A stretch of 36,633 bases of DNA from contig PNNM01000003.1 of the NCBI GenBank assembly GCA_013824215.1, positions 1-36,633 on the forward strand, given 5' to 3'. The notes below the pieces were generated by a model. The model saw nothing but the letters and a program-made list of their open reading frames with translations. It did not search any database and was not told where the DNA came from. Shown in pieces: positions 18,527 through 27,983 of the stretch (position 1 is its first letter; each line of letters opens with the position of its first letter). The position numbers and the translations under genes are program-made. Source of the DNA: Coriobacteriaceae bacterium. GTDB lineage: Bacteria > Actinomycetota > Coriobacteriia > Anaerosomatales > D1FN1-002.

Positions 18527-18612
18527 GCCCGGGTGGCGGAACGGCAGACGCAGAGGTCTCAAAAACCTCCGGGGGAAACCCCGTGTGGGTTCGACTCCCA
18601 CCCCGGGCACCA
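18527..18612 (+). tRNA. tRNA-Leu (CAA)
   Basis: Acceptor GCCCGGG/CCCGGGC+ACCA, anticodon arm GAGGT-CTCAAAA-ACCTC, long variable arm, T-arm GTGGG-TTCGACT-CCCAC. Confidence 0.97.
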
Positions 18613-18733
18613 CTCACAACCCGCACGCGCAACCAGGGGATCCCGGTAAGGCGCGGTTCCGAACCGGTTCCGGGCCGACTAAGCGGCCACCTGTTCTCCT
18701 GTCGGCGACAACCGGCCGGGGACGGGGCGACGC

Positions 18734-19009
18734 GTGACGCGCATCGTGATCACGCAGCACGGCTACGAACGGCTGCGCCAGCGCGACCTCCGTGTGGCCG
18801 ATGTCCGGCATGTGGTTCTCACCGGCGAGGTCGTCGAATCCGATCCCAGCGCTCAACCGAACCCACGCCGGCTCCTCCTGGGTTGGTGTGCCGGATCGCC
18901 GCTCCACGTGGTCGTAGCCGAGGATCGCTCGCGGCGTATCATGTGGATCGTCACCGCATACCGTCCCGACGACCGGTTGTGGCATCCCGACTGCAGGAGG
19001 CGCCGATGA
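18734..19009 (+). CDS. DUF4258-like putative toxin
   Basis: TQHGYERLRQR, GEVVE, PLHVV, IVTAYRPD..W. Confidence 0.8.
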   Translation: MTRIVITQHGYERLRQRDLRVADVRHVVLTGEVVESDPSAQPNPRRLLLGWCAGSPLHVVVAEDRSRRIMWIVTAYRPDDRLWHPDCRRRR

Positions 19010-19236
19010 GGTGTATGGCATGCGCCGCGGGTGACACCGTGGCCGACACCACGACGCTGTCGCTGTCGAGCAAGAGCGCGCGTCTCTCGATCGAATGCGT
19101 CCCCGCGCACGTGTGCACGCAGTGCGGCGAGGTCTTCTTCGACGTCGAGGTGGCGGAGCGTGTCGATGAGATCGCGGAGGAGGCGTTCACCACGGATGCG
19201 GCCGACATCGTGCGCCGCTTCGGCGAGCCCTCCTAA
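19006..19236 (+). CDS. YgiT-type zinc finger protein (MqsA N-terminal-like), putative antitoxin
   Basis: MRCMAC...VPAHVCTQCGE; AGGAGG RBS; ATGA overlap. Confidence 0.82.
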   Translation: MRCMACAAGDTVADTTTLSLSSKSARLSIECVPAHVCTQCGEVFFDVEVAERVDEIAEEAFTTDAADIVRRFGEPS

Positions 19237-20531
19237 CCGACTTCACCCGGGCGGGTCGCCTCGGCGGTCCCCTCGCCCTTGCCGGCCGCCCGGTAGAGCG
19301 GGAAGCCCGCCAGGAGCAGCACCGAGCCGACCGCCCACGCCGCCGGGATCGACACCGCCTTCGACAGCCAGCCCAGGCCGGGCTGGCCGACGCAGGCGCC
19401 GGCATCGCCGAAGAACGCGTCGAGCGAGAGAACGGTGGCACGCTGCTCGGAGGGGATCTGCTCGTTGAGGTACGCCTGCCGGATCGGCCCCGCGAAGCCG
19501 AAGAGGACGCCCCAGGCCAACCACAGGACGCCGACGAGCGCGAACGGGACGATGCCGGGCTGCCGCGTGAGGAGCCCCACCGCCGCCATCACAGCGATGA
19601 GCACGGCGAGCACCAGCTGCGCCACCGCGAGAACGGGGGCGGCGCGGCGCCTGGCCTCGCCGGTCCCCATGACCCTCCCGGCGAGCAGGTTGCCCATGAT
19701 GCCCGCCAACGAGGCCGCTGCGGTGAGCACGCCGATCACCCACACGAGCTCGCGGCCGAGCAGGTCGAGCGCGTAGCGCTGCAGCGAGTAGAAGCTGTAC
19801 ATCATGAACACGCCGGAGACGCCGGAGACCAGCAGCAGCGGGCGCACGACCGGATGCCCCCATCCGTAGGTGACGCCGGTACGCAGGAGCTTCCGCGTCT
19901 CCTCGCCGAACGTCGAGACCTTCAGCGGCCTCGGCTCGAAGCCCATGTCCCGCATCATCACGGCGGTGACGACCATGCACACCGCCAGGATCGCGGAGCG
20001 CACGACGTAGGGCAGCGCGAGGTCGATCTGCCCGAGCGCCCCGCCCGCGAGCGTGCCCACCAGCATCGCCGTGCTGAAGGTCGCACCGCCCCAGCCGAAC
20101 ACCCGCTCTTTGGGCGGCTCGTAGCCGGTCGCATCGAGAGCGTCGACGAGCCACGCGTCCACCGCCCCGGTCTGGAACGTGTACCCGAGTCCCAGCAGCA
20201 CCGACGCGCCGGCGAACGCTCCGATGCCCCATCCGTAGCGCGCCGTCCCGACGTAGAGCAGGGTCGAGACGAACAGCGTCCCGATCCCGAACATGAAGGA
20301 GACCTTGCGGCCGACGGTGTCGGCGATCACCCCGGTCGGCACTTCGAAGACCAAGGAGCCGGCCGTGAACGCCGCGTTCACGAGCATCACCTGGAAGATG
20401 TCGAGCCCGGCGTCCATGAGGAACAGCGTGTTGATGCCCCAGATCATGGAGGCGGCGAGGGTGAAGAGGGCCTGGGTGACCAGGTACGTGCGGATGACGC
20501 GGCGTGACGCGCGGGGATCCGGGGTCACCAC
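19233..20531 (-). CDS. MFS transporter
   Basis: About 12 hydrophobic segments; FEVPTGVIADTVGRK motif A; QRATVLS. Confidence 0.9.
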   Translation of the reverse strand: MVTPDPRASRRVIRTYLVTQALFTLAASMIWGINTLFLMDAGLDIFQVMLVNAAFTAGSLVFEVPTGVIADTVGRKVSFMFGIGTLFVSTLLYVGTARYGWGIGAFAGASVLLGLGYTFQTGAVDAWLVDALDATGYEPPKERVFGWGGATFSTAMLVGTLAGGALGQIDLALPYVVRSAILAVCMVVTAVMMRDMGFEPRPLKVSTFGEETRKLLRTGVTYGWGHPVVRPLLLVSGVSGVFMMYSFYSLQRYALDLLGRELVWVIGVLTAAASLAGIMGNLLAGRVMGTGEARRRAAPVLAVAQLVLAVLIAVMAAVGLLTRQPGIVPFALVGVLWLAWGVLFGFAGPIRQAYLNEQIPSEQRATVLSLDAFFGDAGACVGQPGLGWLSKAVSIPAAWAVGSVLLLAGFPLYRAAGKGEGTAEATRPGEVG

Positions 20532-20581
20532 GTCTCCTGCTCACCGCCGCGATCACGGCGCACGGTCGCCCGGTACATGCG

Positions 20582-20881
20582 CTACTCCAGCCCCTCGCTC
20601 GACTTCTCGACGAGCTTGCCGTCCAGCAGGACGATCCCCGCAGAGGAGCCGTCTGCGTTCGTCCAGCCGAAACGCTCCTCGAGCTTCCCGTCGGAGCGCT
20701 GCGCCTTACCGGCCTCGACCGGGGCGGCCCCGACGACATCCTGTACCTGCTCGAGCGTCATCCCGGTCGTCAGCTTCGCGAACTCGTCCTGGGTGACGAC
20801 GGACGCAGCCACCCGGGCGCAGCCGCCCACGGAGAGCGTGAACACGACGCATGCGACTGATCGGACGACACGAGGGTCCAT
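20582..20881 (-). CDS. Small putative lipoprotein (DUF3862/SmpA-like)
   Basis: Signal ending VGGC; FAKLTTGMTLEQVQDVVG pattern. Confidence 0.6.
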   Translation of the reverse strand: MDPRVVRSVACVVFTLSVGGCARVAASVVTQDEFAKLTTGMTLEQVQDVVGAAPVEAGKAQRSDGKLEERFGWTNADGSSAGIVLLDGKLVEKSSEGLE

Positions 20882-20972
20882 AGAACCAACGCCCCTTTCG
20901 CAGGGAGATCCGTAGCGGGAGGATTCCCATCCGGGTGCGCAGCGCAGCATCCCGCGCGCACGTCGGGAAGCC

Positions 20973-22001
20973 CTACGGCTCGACGACCACCTTCACCGAC
21001 TCCTCCGCTCGGGCAACGAGCCCGAATCCCTCGGCGATCCGCTCGAGCGGAAGACGGTGTGTCACGAAGTCGTCGACGCGCACGCGGCGGGTCGCAATGA
21101 GGTCGAGTGCGGCGGCCAGGTCCGCCGGCGCAGCCCCGTAGGCGGTGCGCACCGTGATCTCCCGGCGCCACAGCTCCGCCATCGGCATCGGGTAGGGCTC
21201 GCCTGGAGGCGGCGGCGCGAAGAAGACGAAGGTCGCGCCGGAGTCGAGACAGGCGAGCCCCTGCGCGATCGCGGAGGGCGCGCCGGTGCACAGCATGACC
21301 AGGTCGACCAGACAGCCCCCGTTCGCTTCGCGCACGAGGCCGGGGAGCCGCTCCCCTGCCGCCGCGGCGTCGAACGCGGCGTCAGCGCCCGCGCGCCGCG
21401 CCCAGTCGAGGCGGTAGGGGTTGACGTCGGTGGCGAGCACGCGCCCGGCACCCAGCGCGACGGCGAGCCTGATGTGCAGCAGGCCCGAGATGCCGCTGCC
21501 GATCACCAGCACGGTGGAGCCGGCACGGACGCCCGCTCGCATCTGCGCCCGCACGACGCAGCCCAGGGGCTCGACGAAGGAGCCCTCCTCGTAGGTCACG
21601 TCGTCAGGGAGGCGCAAGACCCCCTTCGAAGTCTGCAGTGGGGGAACCCGCACGTACTCCGAGAACCCACCCGGGTCGAAATTCGTGGAGTGGAGCGTGT
21701 GGCACGCGGTGTGACTGCCGGTCGCGCAGTAGTGGCACTCGTCGCACGGCACGTGGTGCGAGACGACGACGCGGTCGCCGACACACCACTCGTCGACACC
21801 CTCGCCCACCTCGGCGATGTCCCCGGCCACCTCATGGCCGAGCACGATGGGCGCCTTCGGGACGCGGTACCACTCCATGACGTCGGACCCACAGATGCCC
21901 GAGGCGCGAACGCGCACGAGCACCTCGCCGAACCCGACCGCGGGGATGTCGCGCTCCTCGATGCGGATGTCGGAGTTATCGTGGTAGACGGCGACGCGCA
22001 C
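20973..22001 (-). CDS. Zinc-dependent dehydrogenase (sorbitol/iditol DH-like)
   Basis: GICGSD, GHE, CDECHYC...C, VEP, GSGISG. Confidence 0.9.
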   Translation of the reverse strand: MRVAVYHDNSDIRIEERDIPAVGFGEVLVRVRASGICGSDVMEWYRVPKAPIVLGHEVAGDIAEVGEGVDEWCVGDRVVVSHHVPCDECHYCATGSHTACHTLHSTNFDPGGFSEYVRVPPLQTSKGVLRLPDDVTYEEGSFVEPLGCVVRAQMRAGVRAGSTVLVIGSGISGLLHIRLAVALGAGRVLATDVNPYRLDWARRAGADAAFDAAAAGERLPGLVREANGGCLVDLVMLCTGAPSAIAQGLACLDSGATFVFFAPPPPGEPYPMPMAELWRREITVRTAYGAAPADLAAALDLIATRRVRVDDFVTHRLPLERIAEGFGLVARAEESVKVVVEP

Positions 22002-22014
22002 GGCGGGGCCGCCG

Positions 22015-22851
22015 TCAGATCTTGCGGTCGTCGGCGAGACCGGAGCCGCCTGCCACGGCCACCCCGCTCGCGGCCTTCTCGTCGGTGTAGACAGCGTAGG
22101 CATCGTCGACGGAGGCATTCCCGTGCACGATGGCGCGCACGGCCTTGATCATCCCGATCGGTGAGTCCGACTGGAAGATGTTGCGTCCCATGTCCACACC
22201 GACGGCGCCGGCGGCGATGCCGTCGTACGTCATCTGCAGCGCTTCGCGTTCGGGCAGCTTCTTGCCGCCGGCGATGACGACCGGCACGGGACACGTGCCG
22301 CTGACCTTCTCGAAGTCCTCGCAGAAGTACGTCTTGACGATGTGCGCCCCCATCTCGGCGGCGATGCGGCTGGCGAGTGCCAGGTAACGCGCGTCGCGCA
22401 CCATGTCCTTGCCCACCGCGGTGACGGCGACGACCGGGATGCCGTAGCGCTCGCCCGCGTCGACGAGCTTGGCGAGGTTCGCGATCGTCTGGTGCTGGTG
22501 CGGCGAACCCACGAAGATCGACAGCGCCATGCCGGACACGTTCAGACGGATGCACTCCTCCACCGAGGTGATGATCGTCTCGTTGGACAGGTCGTCGTCG
22601 AGCACGCTGTTGCCGCCCGAGACCCGCAGCACGATCGGAGCGTCGACATGGCTGTCGATGCAGTTGCGCAGCACGCCGCGCGTGAGCATGAGAGTGTCGG
22701 CGTACCCGGCGAGCGGCATCACGCACGCGCCCGGCTGCTCCAGCCCGCTCGTGGGGCCGAGGAAGTAGCCGTGGTCGACCGCGAGCATGACCGTGCGGCC
22801 TGTCTCCGGCCGGATGATCCTGGACAGACGGTTCCGAAGACCCCAAGACAT
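22015..22851 (-). CDS. lsrF: LsrF-like thiolase/aldolase (DhnA family)
   Basis: MSWGLRNRLSRII, MLAVDHGYFLGPTSGLE, IVKTY, IAGGKK, GVDMGRNIFQ. Confidence 0.85.
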   Translation of the reverse strand: MSWGLRNRLSRIIRPETGRTVMLAVDHGYFLGPTSGLEQPGACVMPLAGYADTLMLTRGVLRNCIDSHVDAPIVLRVSGGNSVLDDDLSNETIITSVEECIRLNVSGMALSIFVGSPHQHQTIANLAKLVDAGERYGIPVVAVTAVGKDMVRDARYLALASRIAAEMGAHIVKTYFCEDFEKVSGTCPVPVVIAGGKKLPEREALQMTYDGIAAGAVGVDMGRNIFQSDSPIGMIKAVRAIVHGNASVDDAYAVYTDEKAASGVAVAGGSGLADDRKI

Positions 22852-23029
22852 CGCGTTCGACCCCCTGAGAGGTTCTGTGAAGCCGCAGGCCACGAGGTGT
22901 GCGGCTGACGACGTATGCACGCGCCATCGTAGCAGATGCCGAAGGGCCGACATCACGCCGTGCCACCACACGGCTCGTCTTCCGAGGGACCACGCGCGGC
23001 GCGCTGAACGAGATCTCGGAGGTCTGTAT

Positions 23030-23305
23030 CTACTGAGCGGGCACGGCGCGCAGAAGAAGTGCCACGAGGGCGGCCACGATCGCGTCGTAGTTGGCGACGT
23101 ACCACCACAGCAGGCAGCCAAGCATCAGCAGGACGGCGCTCTGCGCGAGGTTCAGCGCGAGCTCGAAGCGCAGCTTGGCAGCAGCCCCCGGGTCCTCGGC
23201 ACGCAGACGCAGCCATGCCGGGAATGTGAACGGCACGAAGATGAGCAGGCGCCTGACCCGCCCGACACGGCGCGCCGACTCGCTCGGCTGCGGTACCTGC
23301 GTCAT
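23030..23305 (-). CDS. Small hypothetical membrane protein
   Basis: 91 aa with 2-3 hydrophobic segments; co-oriented between pfk and lsrF. Confidence 0.55.
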   Translation of the reverse strand: MTQVPQPSESARRVGRVRRLLIFVPFTFPAWLRLRAEDPGAAAKLRFELALNLAQSAVLLMLGCLLWWYVANYDAIVAALVALLLRAVPAQ

Positions 23306-23336
23306 CCCGCGGTCAGCGCGCCTTCTCGCCTCCGAC

Positions 23337-24572
23337 TCACCCGCACCCGGGGTCGGTGTGCTCGAGCTGCTGGTACTCGAGCATGCGTGCCAGGCGGTAG
23401 AAGTCCGAGTCGCAGTGGATGAAGCGGATGCGGGTCTTGAGTGTCTCTGGATCGATGAGTTCGCCGAACGGCACGTACTTCAGATCCAGCTGCCCCTCCA
23501 CGCTCACCATCACGCCGCTCAGCCCTTCCTCCACGAGCGCGCGGAACGCGCCCGCCCCCAGTTGGCTGCCGAGCATGATGTCGAACGCGCCGGGTTCGGC
23601 GCATCGCGTCTCGTAGCCGATCTGCTTGGAGCGGACCTTGACCTTGCGCCCGGTCCGCCGCTCGTGGATCCGCTCCATGGCCCGGGCGAGGTGTTCGCCG
23701 ATCTGTACGCTGCCGAGCAGCGAGTTGCCGTGTTCGTCGACCGCTTCGGGGCGCTGGCCGTCGGGCAGCAACTCGGCGAGGCCCTCGGCGACGCAGATCA
23801 CGCCGTACTGGCGGCCGTCGTCAGCCCGCGCGAACATCAGGTCGACGAACTCCTCGGCGACCGCATCGCAGTCGAACACGTCCTTGCAGTCCTCGACCGA
23901 CAGCAGGCGCGTCGCCTCGCCGGCCATCCCCGCGGCATACGTCAGCCACCCCGCCTTGCGGCCCATGATCTCGAGCACGTACCAGGCCTTCGTGGAACGC
24001 GCGTCCGCGCCGATGTTGCGGATCTCCTTGGCAGCGAAGTTGGCCGCCGACGTGAAGCCGAAGGTCCAGTCGATGCCGTAGTAGTCGTTGTCGATGGTCT
24101 TCGGCAGGTGCACCACGCTGAAACGGTGCAGCTCGGGCATGAGCTCCTGCATCTTGTAGAGGTAGTTCGCGGTCTTCAGGGTGTCGTCGCCGCCGATCGA
24201 GATGAGCGCATCGATGTTGTGCGCCCCGAGCGCCGCGTGGACCGCCCGGAGCTTGGCGTTCTTCTCGGGGTCCGCGAGGTCGGCCAGCGACCCGACCACC
24301 TTGCCGGGGTTGGCGCGGGACGTGCGGAGGATGATGTCCTTGCGGGAGCGGATGCCCGAGACGAGGTCGCGTGTGAGGCACAGCCAGTCCTCGCCCTCGC
24401 GCAGCGGGACCTCGGGCGCGTACCGCTCGAGATTCTCGTAGCCGTCGAGATAGCCGATCACGCAGATACCGGAGTTCAGGAACGAGAGTGCCGCGGCGGA
24501 GATCACAGCGTTGGCCGCCGGCGCCGGCCCTCCCGAGAAGAGCAGACCCACGCGCCGTATCTCACGAGCCAC
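23337..24572 (-). CDS. pfkA: 6-phosphofructokinase, probably PPi-dependent
   Basis: GGPAPAAN, GGDDT, PKTIDND, MGR, AEG, GYETR. Confidence 0.88.
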   Translation of the reverse strand: MAREIRRVGLLFSGGPAPAANAVISAAALSFLNSGICVIGYLDGYENLERYAPEVPLREGEDWLCLTRDLVSGIRSRKDIILRTSRANPGKVVGSLADLADPEKNAKLRAVHAALGAHNIDALISIGGDDTLKTANYLYKMQELMPELHRFSVVHLPKTIDNDYYGIDWTFGFTSAANFAAKEIRNIGADARSTKAWYVLEIMGRKAGWLTYAAGMAGEATRLLSVEDCKDVFDCDAVAEEFVDLMFARADDGRQYGVICVAEGLAELLPDGQRPEAVDEHGNSLLGSVQIGEHLARAMERIHERRTGRKVKVRSKQIGYETRCAEPGAFDIMLGSQLGAGAFRALVEEGLSGVMVSVEGQLDLKYVPFGELIDPETLKTRIRFIHCDSDFYRLARMLEYQQLEHTDPGCG

Positions 24573-24626
24573 GACCCTCACCCCCGGATGCATGCGATCG
24601 CGGACCGTCCGAGGTCCGCTTGATGG

Positions 24627-25613
24627 CTAGGTACCCGTCGTGCCGCTCTCGCCGACCACGTGGCCGATCCGTCGGAGCCTCGCATACCGCTCCGCCACGA
24701 GGCGGTCCGCGGGCGTTGTGGCCAGCGCGTCGAGCGCGCCGCCGACCGCGACCCCGACGGCCTCGATCACCTGCGCCGGGTCGCGGTGGGCCCCGCCGAC
24801 AGGTTCCGGCAGCACCTCGTCGGCCAGGTCGAGTCGCGCGAGGTCCGCCGCCGTCAGCGACAGGCATCCGGCCGCCTCGGCGGCCTTGGCCGCGTCCTTG
24901 TGCAGGATGACCGCGCACATCTCCGGCGAGATGACCGAGTAGTAGGCGTTCTCGAGCATGATGAGCCGATCGCCGAACCCGATGGCGAGCGCACCCCCGC
25001 TGCCGCCCTCCCCGATACCGACGACGACCACGGGCACGGGCAGATCCGACAGGGTGGCGAGGCACTCGGCGATGGCCCAAGCCTGCCCGCGCTCCTCGGC
25101 CTCGATACCGGGGAACGCTCCGGCTGTGTCGAGGAAGCTCACGACCGGCAGGCCGAACCTGCCGGCCAGCGCCATGGCACGGCGTGCCTTCCGGAACCCC
25201 TCCGGATGGACCTGACCGAAGTTGCGCCGGATGTTCTCCTTGATGTCCTTGCCCTTGCGATGGCCGAGCACGACGGCCTTGCGTCCCGCGATCGTCCCGA
25301 GGCCGGCGAACATCGCCTCGTCGTCGCCGAACGCGCGGTCGCCGTGCAGCTCGATCACGTCCTCGAACAGCGCGTCGACGTAGTCCTGCGTCTTGGGCCG
25401 GTCCGGGTGCCGGGCGATCTGCACCTTCTCCCACGGGCCGAGGTCGCGGTAGAGCGACGCGTGCAGACGGTCCACCTCGGCCGCGAGCGTGTCGATCTCC
25501 ATGGCCAGTTCCGGGGTGAGTGCCGCGGCGTCTATGCGCCGGAGTTCGAGGAGCTTCTCCTCCAGCTCGACGAGCGGCCGCTCGAATTCCATCACGAAGC
25601 GCCTCTTGCTCAT
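24627..25613 (-). CDS. accA: Acetyl-CoA carboxylase carboxyltransferase alpha
   Basis: ARHPDRP, ELHGDR, PEGFRKA, AEERGQ, GEGGSGGALA, YSVISPE. Confidence 0.95.
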   Translation of the reverse strand: MSKRRFVMEFERPLVELEEKLLELRRIDAAALTPELAMEIDTLAAEVDRLHASLYRDLGPWEKVQIARHPDRPKTQDYVDALFEDVIELHGDRAFGDDEAMFAGLGTIAGRKAVVLGHRKGKDIKENIRRNFGQVHPEGFRKARRAMALAGRFGLPVVSFLDTAGAFPGIEAEERGQAWAIAECLATLSDLPVPVVVVGIGEGGSGGALAIGFGDRLIMLENAYYSVISPEMCAVILHKDAAKAAEAAGCLSLTAADLARLDLADEVLPEPVGGAHRDPAQVIEAVGVAVGGALDALATTPADRLVAERYARLRRIGHVVGESGTTGT

Positions 25614-26485
25614 GAGGCGCCTCCGAGCGTGAGGTAGCCCAGCAGCGCCGTCAGCGTCTCCCGCAGCTCGGCGCGCGGGACGACCGCGTCGACCATGCCG
25701 TGCTCCACGAGCGACTCGGCGGTCTGGAAGCCCTTCGGCAGCGACAGCTTCGTGGCCTGCTCCACGAGGCGCGGACCGGCGAAGCCCACCATCGCCCCAG
25801 GCTCGGCGAGCACCACGTCGCCGAGCGTGGCGAACGAGGCGGTCACGCCGCCGTAGGTGTTGTTCGCCAGCACGACGATGTAGGGCAGAGCCGCCGACGC
25901 GAGACGCTCCGCGGCCGCGGCCGTCTTCGCCATCTGCATCAGCGAGAGCATGCCCTCCTGCATCCGGGCGCCCCCCGAGGCGGTCACCATGATCACCGCG
26001 CGCCGCTCGGCCAGCGCGACCTCGAAAGCGCGAGCCACCTTCTCGCCGACGACCGAGCCCATTGATGCGCCGATGAAGCGGAAGTCCATGACACCGAGCA
26101 CGACGGGGTGTCCCCCGAGCGTGGCGCGACCCGTGACGATGGCCTCGGAGAGACCGGAGCTCTCACGAGCGGTGGCCACAGAGACGGTGTACGGCTTCGC
26201 CGCCGTGAACGACAGCGGGTCGCCGGAGATCAGATCGGCGTCCATCTCGGCGAAGCTGTCCTCGTCGGCCAGGGTCCCGACGCGTTCCGGCGCTGTCAGC
26301 TCGAAATGGTGCCCGCAGTGCGGGCAGACACCGTCGGTGTGCTCGAGATCGCCGGCGTAGACGATGTGCTTGCACGAGGGGCACTTCTCCCACACGCCGT
26401 CGGGCACGTCCGTCTTGGGCGCGGACGGGTCGAGAGACGTGTAGCGCCGGTCCTCCCGGGCCTTGAACCATTCGGAGATGGGCAT
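25610..26485 (-). CDS. accD: Acetyl-CoA carboxylase carboxyltransferase beta
   Basis: WEKCPSC...CPHCGHH zinc finger, SMGSVVGEK, SGGARMQEG, GGVTASFA, GFAGPR. Confidence 0.95.
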   Translation of the reverse strand: MPISEWFKAREDRRYTSLDPSAPKTDVPDGVWEKCPSCKHIVYAGDLEHTDGVCPHCGHHFELTAPERVGTLADEDSFAEMDADLISGDPLSFTAAKPYTVSVATARESSGLSEAIVTGRATLGGHPVVLGVMDFRFIGASMGSVVGEKVARAFEVALAERRAVIMVTASGGARMQEGMLSLMQMAKTAAAAERLASAALPYIVVLANNTYGGVTASFATLGDVVLAEPGAMVGFAGPRLVEQATKLSLPKGFQTAESLVEHGMVDAVVPRAELRETLTALLGYLTLGGAS

Positions 26486-26607
26486 GGTGTACGGTTCGCG
26501 TCCGTTCCAATGATGAGATGGCCCGATGATGCGACGCGACACCGCCCGGGCGGCCCGGGCGATGCCGCGCGTGCCCGCCCATGGTACCCGTCGCGAGCGG
26601 CTTCGGA

Positions 26608-27546
26608 CTAGACGGCGAAGTCCTCCTCGCCCGCGAAGACCTTGAGGGCGCGCTCGGCGTCGTAGTCCGCGAGCGTGATCGCCGAGATGGCCTTCGTGAG
26701 ACGGACCGCCTCGCCCAGCTCGCGCTGATGGATGTTGCGGCCGGTGGCGTTGCCCATCGCTCCGCCCACGTGGATCTGCTCCCACAACTGGGTGAGGAAC
26801 GACTTGGCGTCCACCGTGGAGCCGCCGGCGCACACGAGCCCGGTACGTCCGGACGCCGCGCAGGCCTCCTTGAGCAGCTCGGCGGAGCTGGCCTCGTCGG
26901 TGCCCTTCGGCGGGTTGACCTTCACGAAGTCCGAGCCCAGGCAGCACGCGGTGCCGGCGGCGCCAGCGATGAGGTGCGCGTCCTTCTCGTTGGCCACGGC
27001 CTGGCCGCGCGGGTAGATCCACAGCACGACGAGCAGGCCCACCGAGTGCGCGTCGGCGATGAGCTGGCCGGCCTCGGACATCATCTGCGCCTCGTACTCG
27101 CTGCCCAAGTAGATCGTGTAGCCCACGCCCACGACGTTCACGCCGTTGTCCCGCAGGTCCAGCGCGGTCTGGATGTCGTAGAGCTGCGGGCTGTACGGGT
27201 CCTCCTGGGAGGTCTTGACGAGGTGCGTCTTGCTGTTGATCTTCACCAGGTAGTTGATGTCCGGGTAGTCCGCCGCGTAGTGCGCCACGAGGCCGCGCTG
27301 ACCGGCGAGCACTCCACAGACGCCCTGCGAGCCGATCCTGAAGAGGTGCTCGGGGTCCGCGTCGTCCGCGGAGATGCCCTCGCCGTAGAAGTCGTCGTTC
27401 AGGTGCTCGATCTTCTGGTCGCAGGCGAACAGCATGAGACGCCCGGTCCCCCGGGTCGCCTTCATGTAGTTGTCGACGTAGGTCTGCCGCGCTTCGGCCG
27501 GGACATCGGCCGGAACGCGAACCTGGTCGGGCATGATCTTCGGCAT
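26608..27546 (-). CDS. Class I fructose-bisphosphate aldolase (DhnA/FbaB family)
   Basis: FACDQKIEH, YTIYLGS, WIYPRG, DFVKVN, AGG, GRNIHQ; GGAGG RBS. Confidence 0.88.
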   Translation of the reverse strand: MPKIMPDQVRVPADVPAEARQTYVDNYMKATRGTGRLMLFACDQKIEHLNDDFYGEGISADDADPEHLFRIGSQGVCGVLAGQRGLVAHYAADYPDINYLVKINSKTHLVKTSQEDPYSPQLYDIQTALDLRDNGVNVVGVGYTIYLGSEYEAQMMSEAGQLIADAHSVGLLVVLWIYPRGQAVANEKDAHLIAGAAGTACCLGSDFVKVNPPKGTDEASSAELLKEACAASGRTGLVCAGGSTVDAKSFLTQLWEQIHVGGAMGNATGRNIHQRELGEAVRLTKAISAITLADYDAERALKVFAGEEDFAV

Positions 27547-27719
27547 CCTAAGAACCCTCCTCCAAGAAGACGTCGTATACGCTTGGACGTGTACCCCTCA
27601 CGGCCCGCGGGGCCGCACACGAACGGACGTTTCCTCCGCCTAACAAGGTTAGGGCAAGGGAGCGTCCGGCGCCACACGACACGGGCGACGCAGGCGACGC
27701 GACGCGGACGACCGGCCTG

Positions 27720-27751
27720 AGAAGACGAAGAGCGGCCCTCATCGGGGCCGC
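27720..27751 (-). terminator. Probable intrinsic terminator after the small gene
   Basis: GCGGCCCC-GAU-GAGGGCCGC then UCUUCGUCUUCU. Confidence 0.55.
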
Positions 27752-27776
27752 CGGCACAACGCGCGTCGAGTAGGGA

Positions 27777-27983
27777 TCAGACGTCGAGGCCCTGGCCGAG
27801 CACCTCGCGCGCGGCGCCCTTCAAGGCCTGGATCTTCTCCTCGTCGTCGGGCGAGTTGTCGAAGATGAGCGAGATGAAAAAGCCCGCCTTCAGACTGATC
27901 TCGCCCTTCGTCTTGAAGGGGTCGAGTCCCTTGTCATTGATGATGCGATCGATCTGCTGGACCGCGTCATACAACCGACCCAT
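27777..27983 (-). CDS. 68-aa hypothetical protein
   Basis: GGAGGAGG RBS, protein-like composition, downstream terminator. Confidence 0.75.
   Translation of the reverse strand: MGRLYDAVQQIDRIINDKGLDPFKTKGEISLKAGFFISLIFDNSPDDEEKIQALKGAAREVLGQGLDV

Noticed and set aside
18527-18612. tRNA-anchored genomic island
   Set aside because: I found no duplicated tRNA 3' end and no integrase in the window
22975-23015. CGUUCA...CGGAAG resemblance to a glutamine riboswitch upstream of lsrF (also 28035-28065)
   Set aside because: No closing GAACG strand or conserved junction; gene context does not fit
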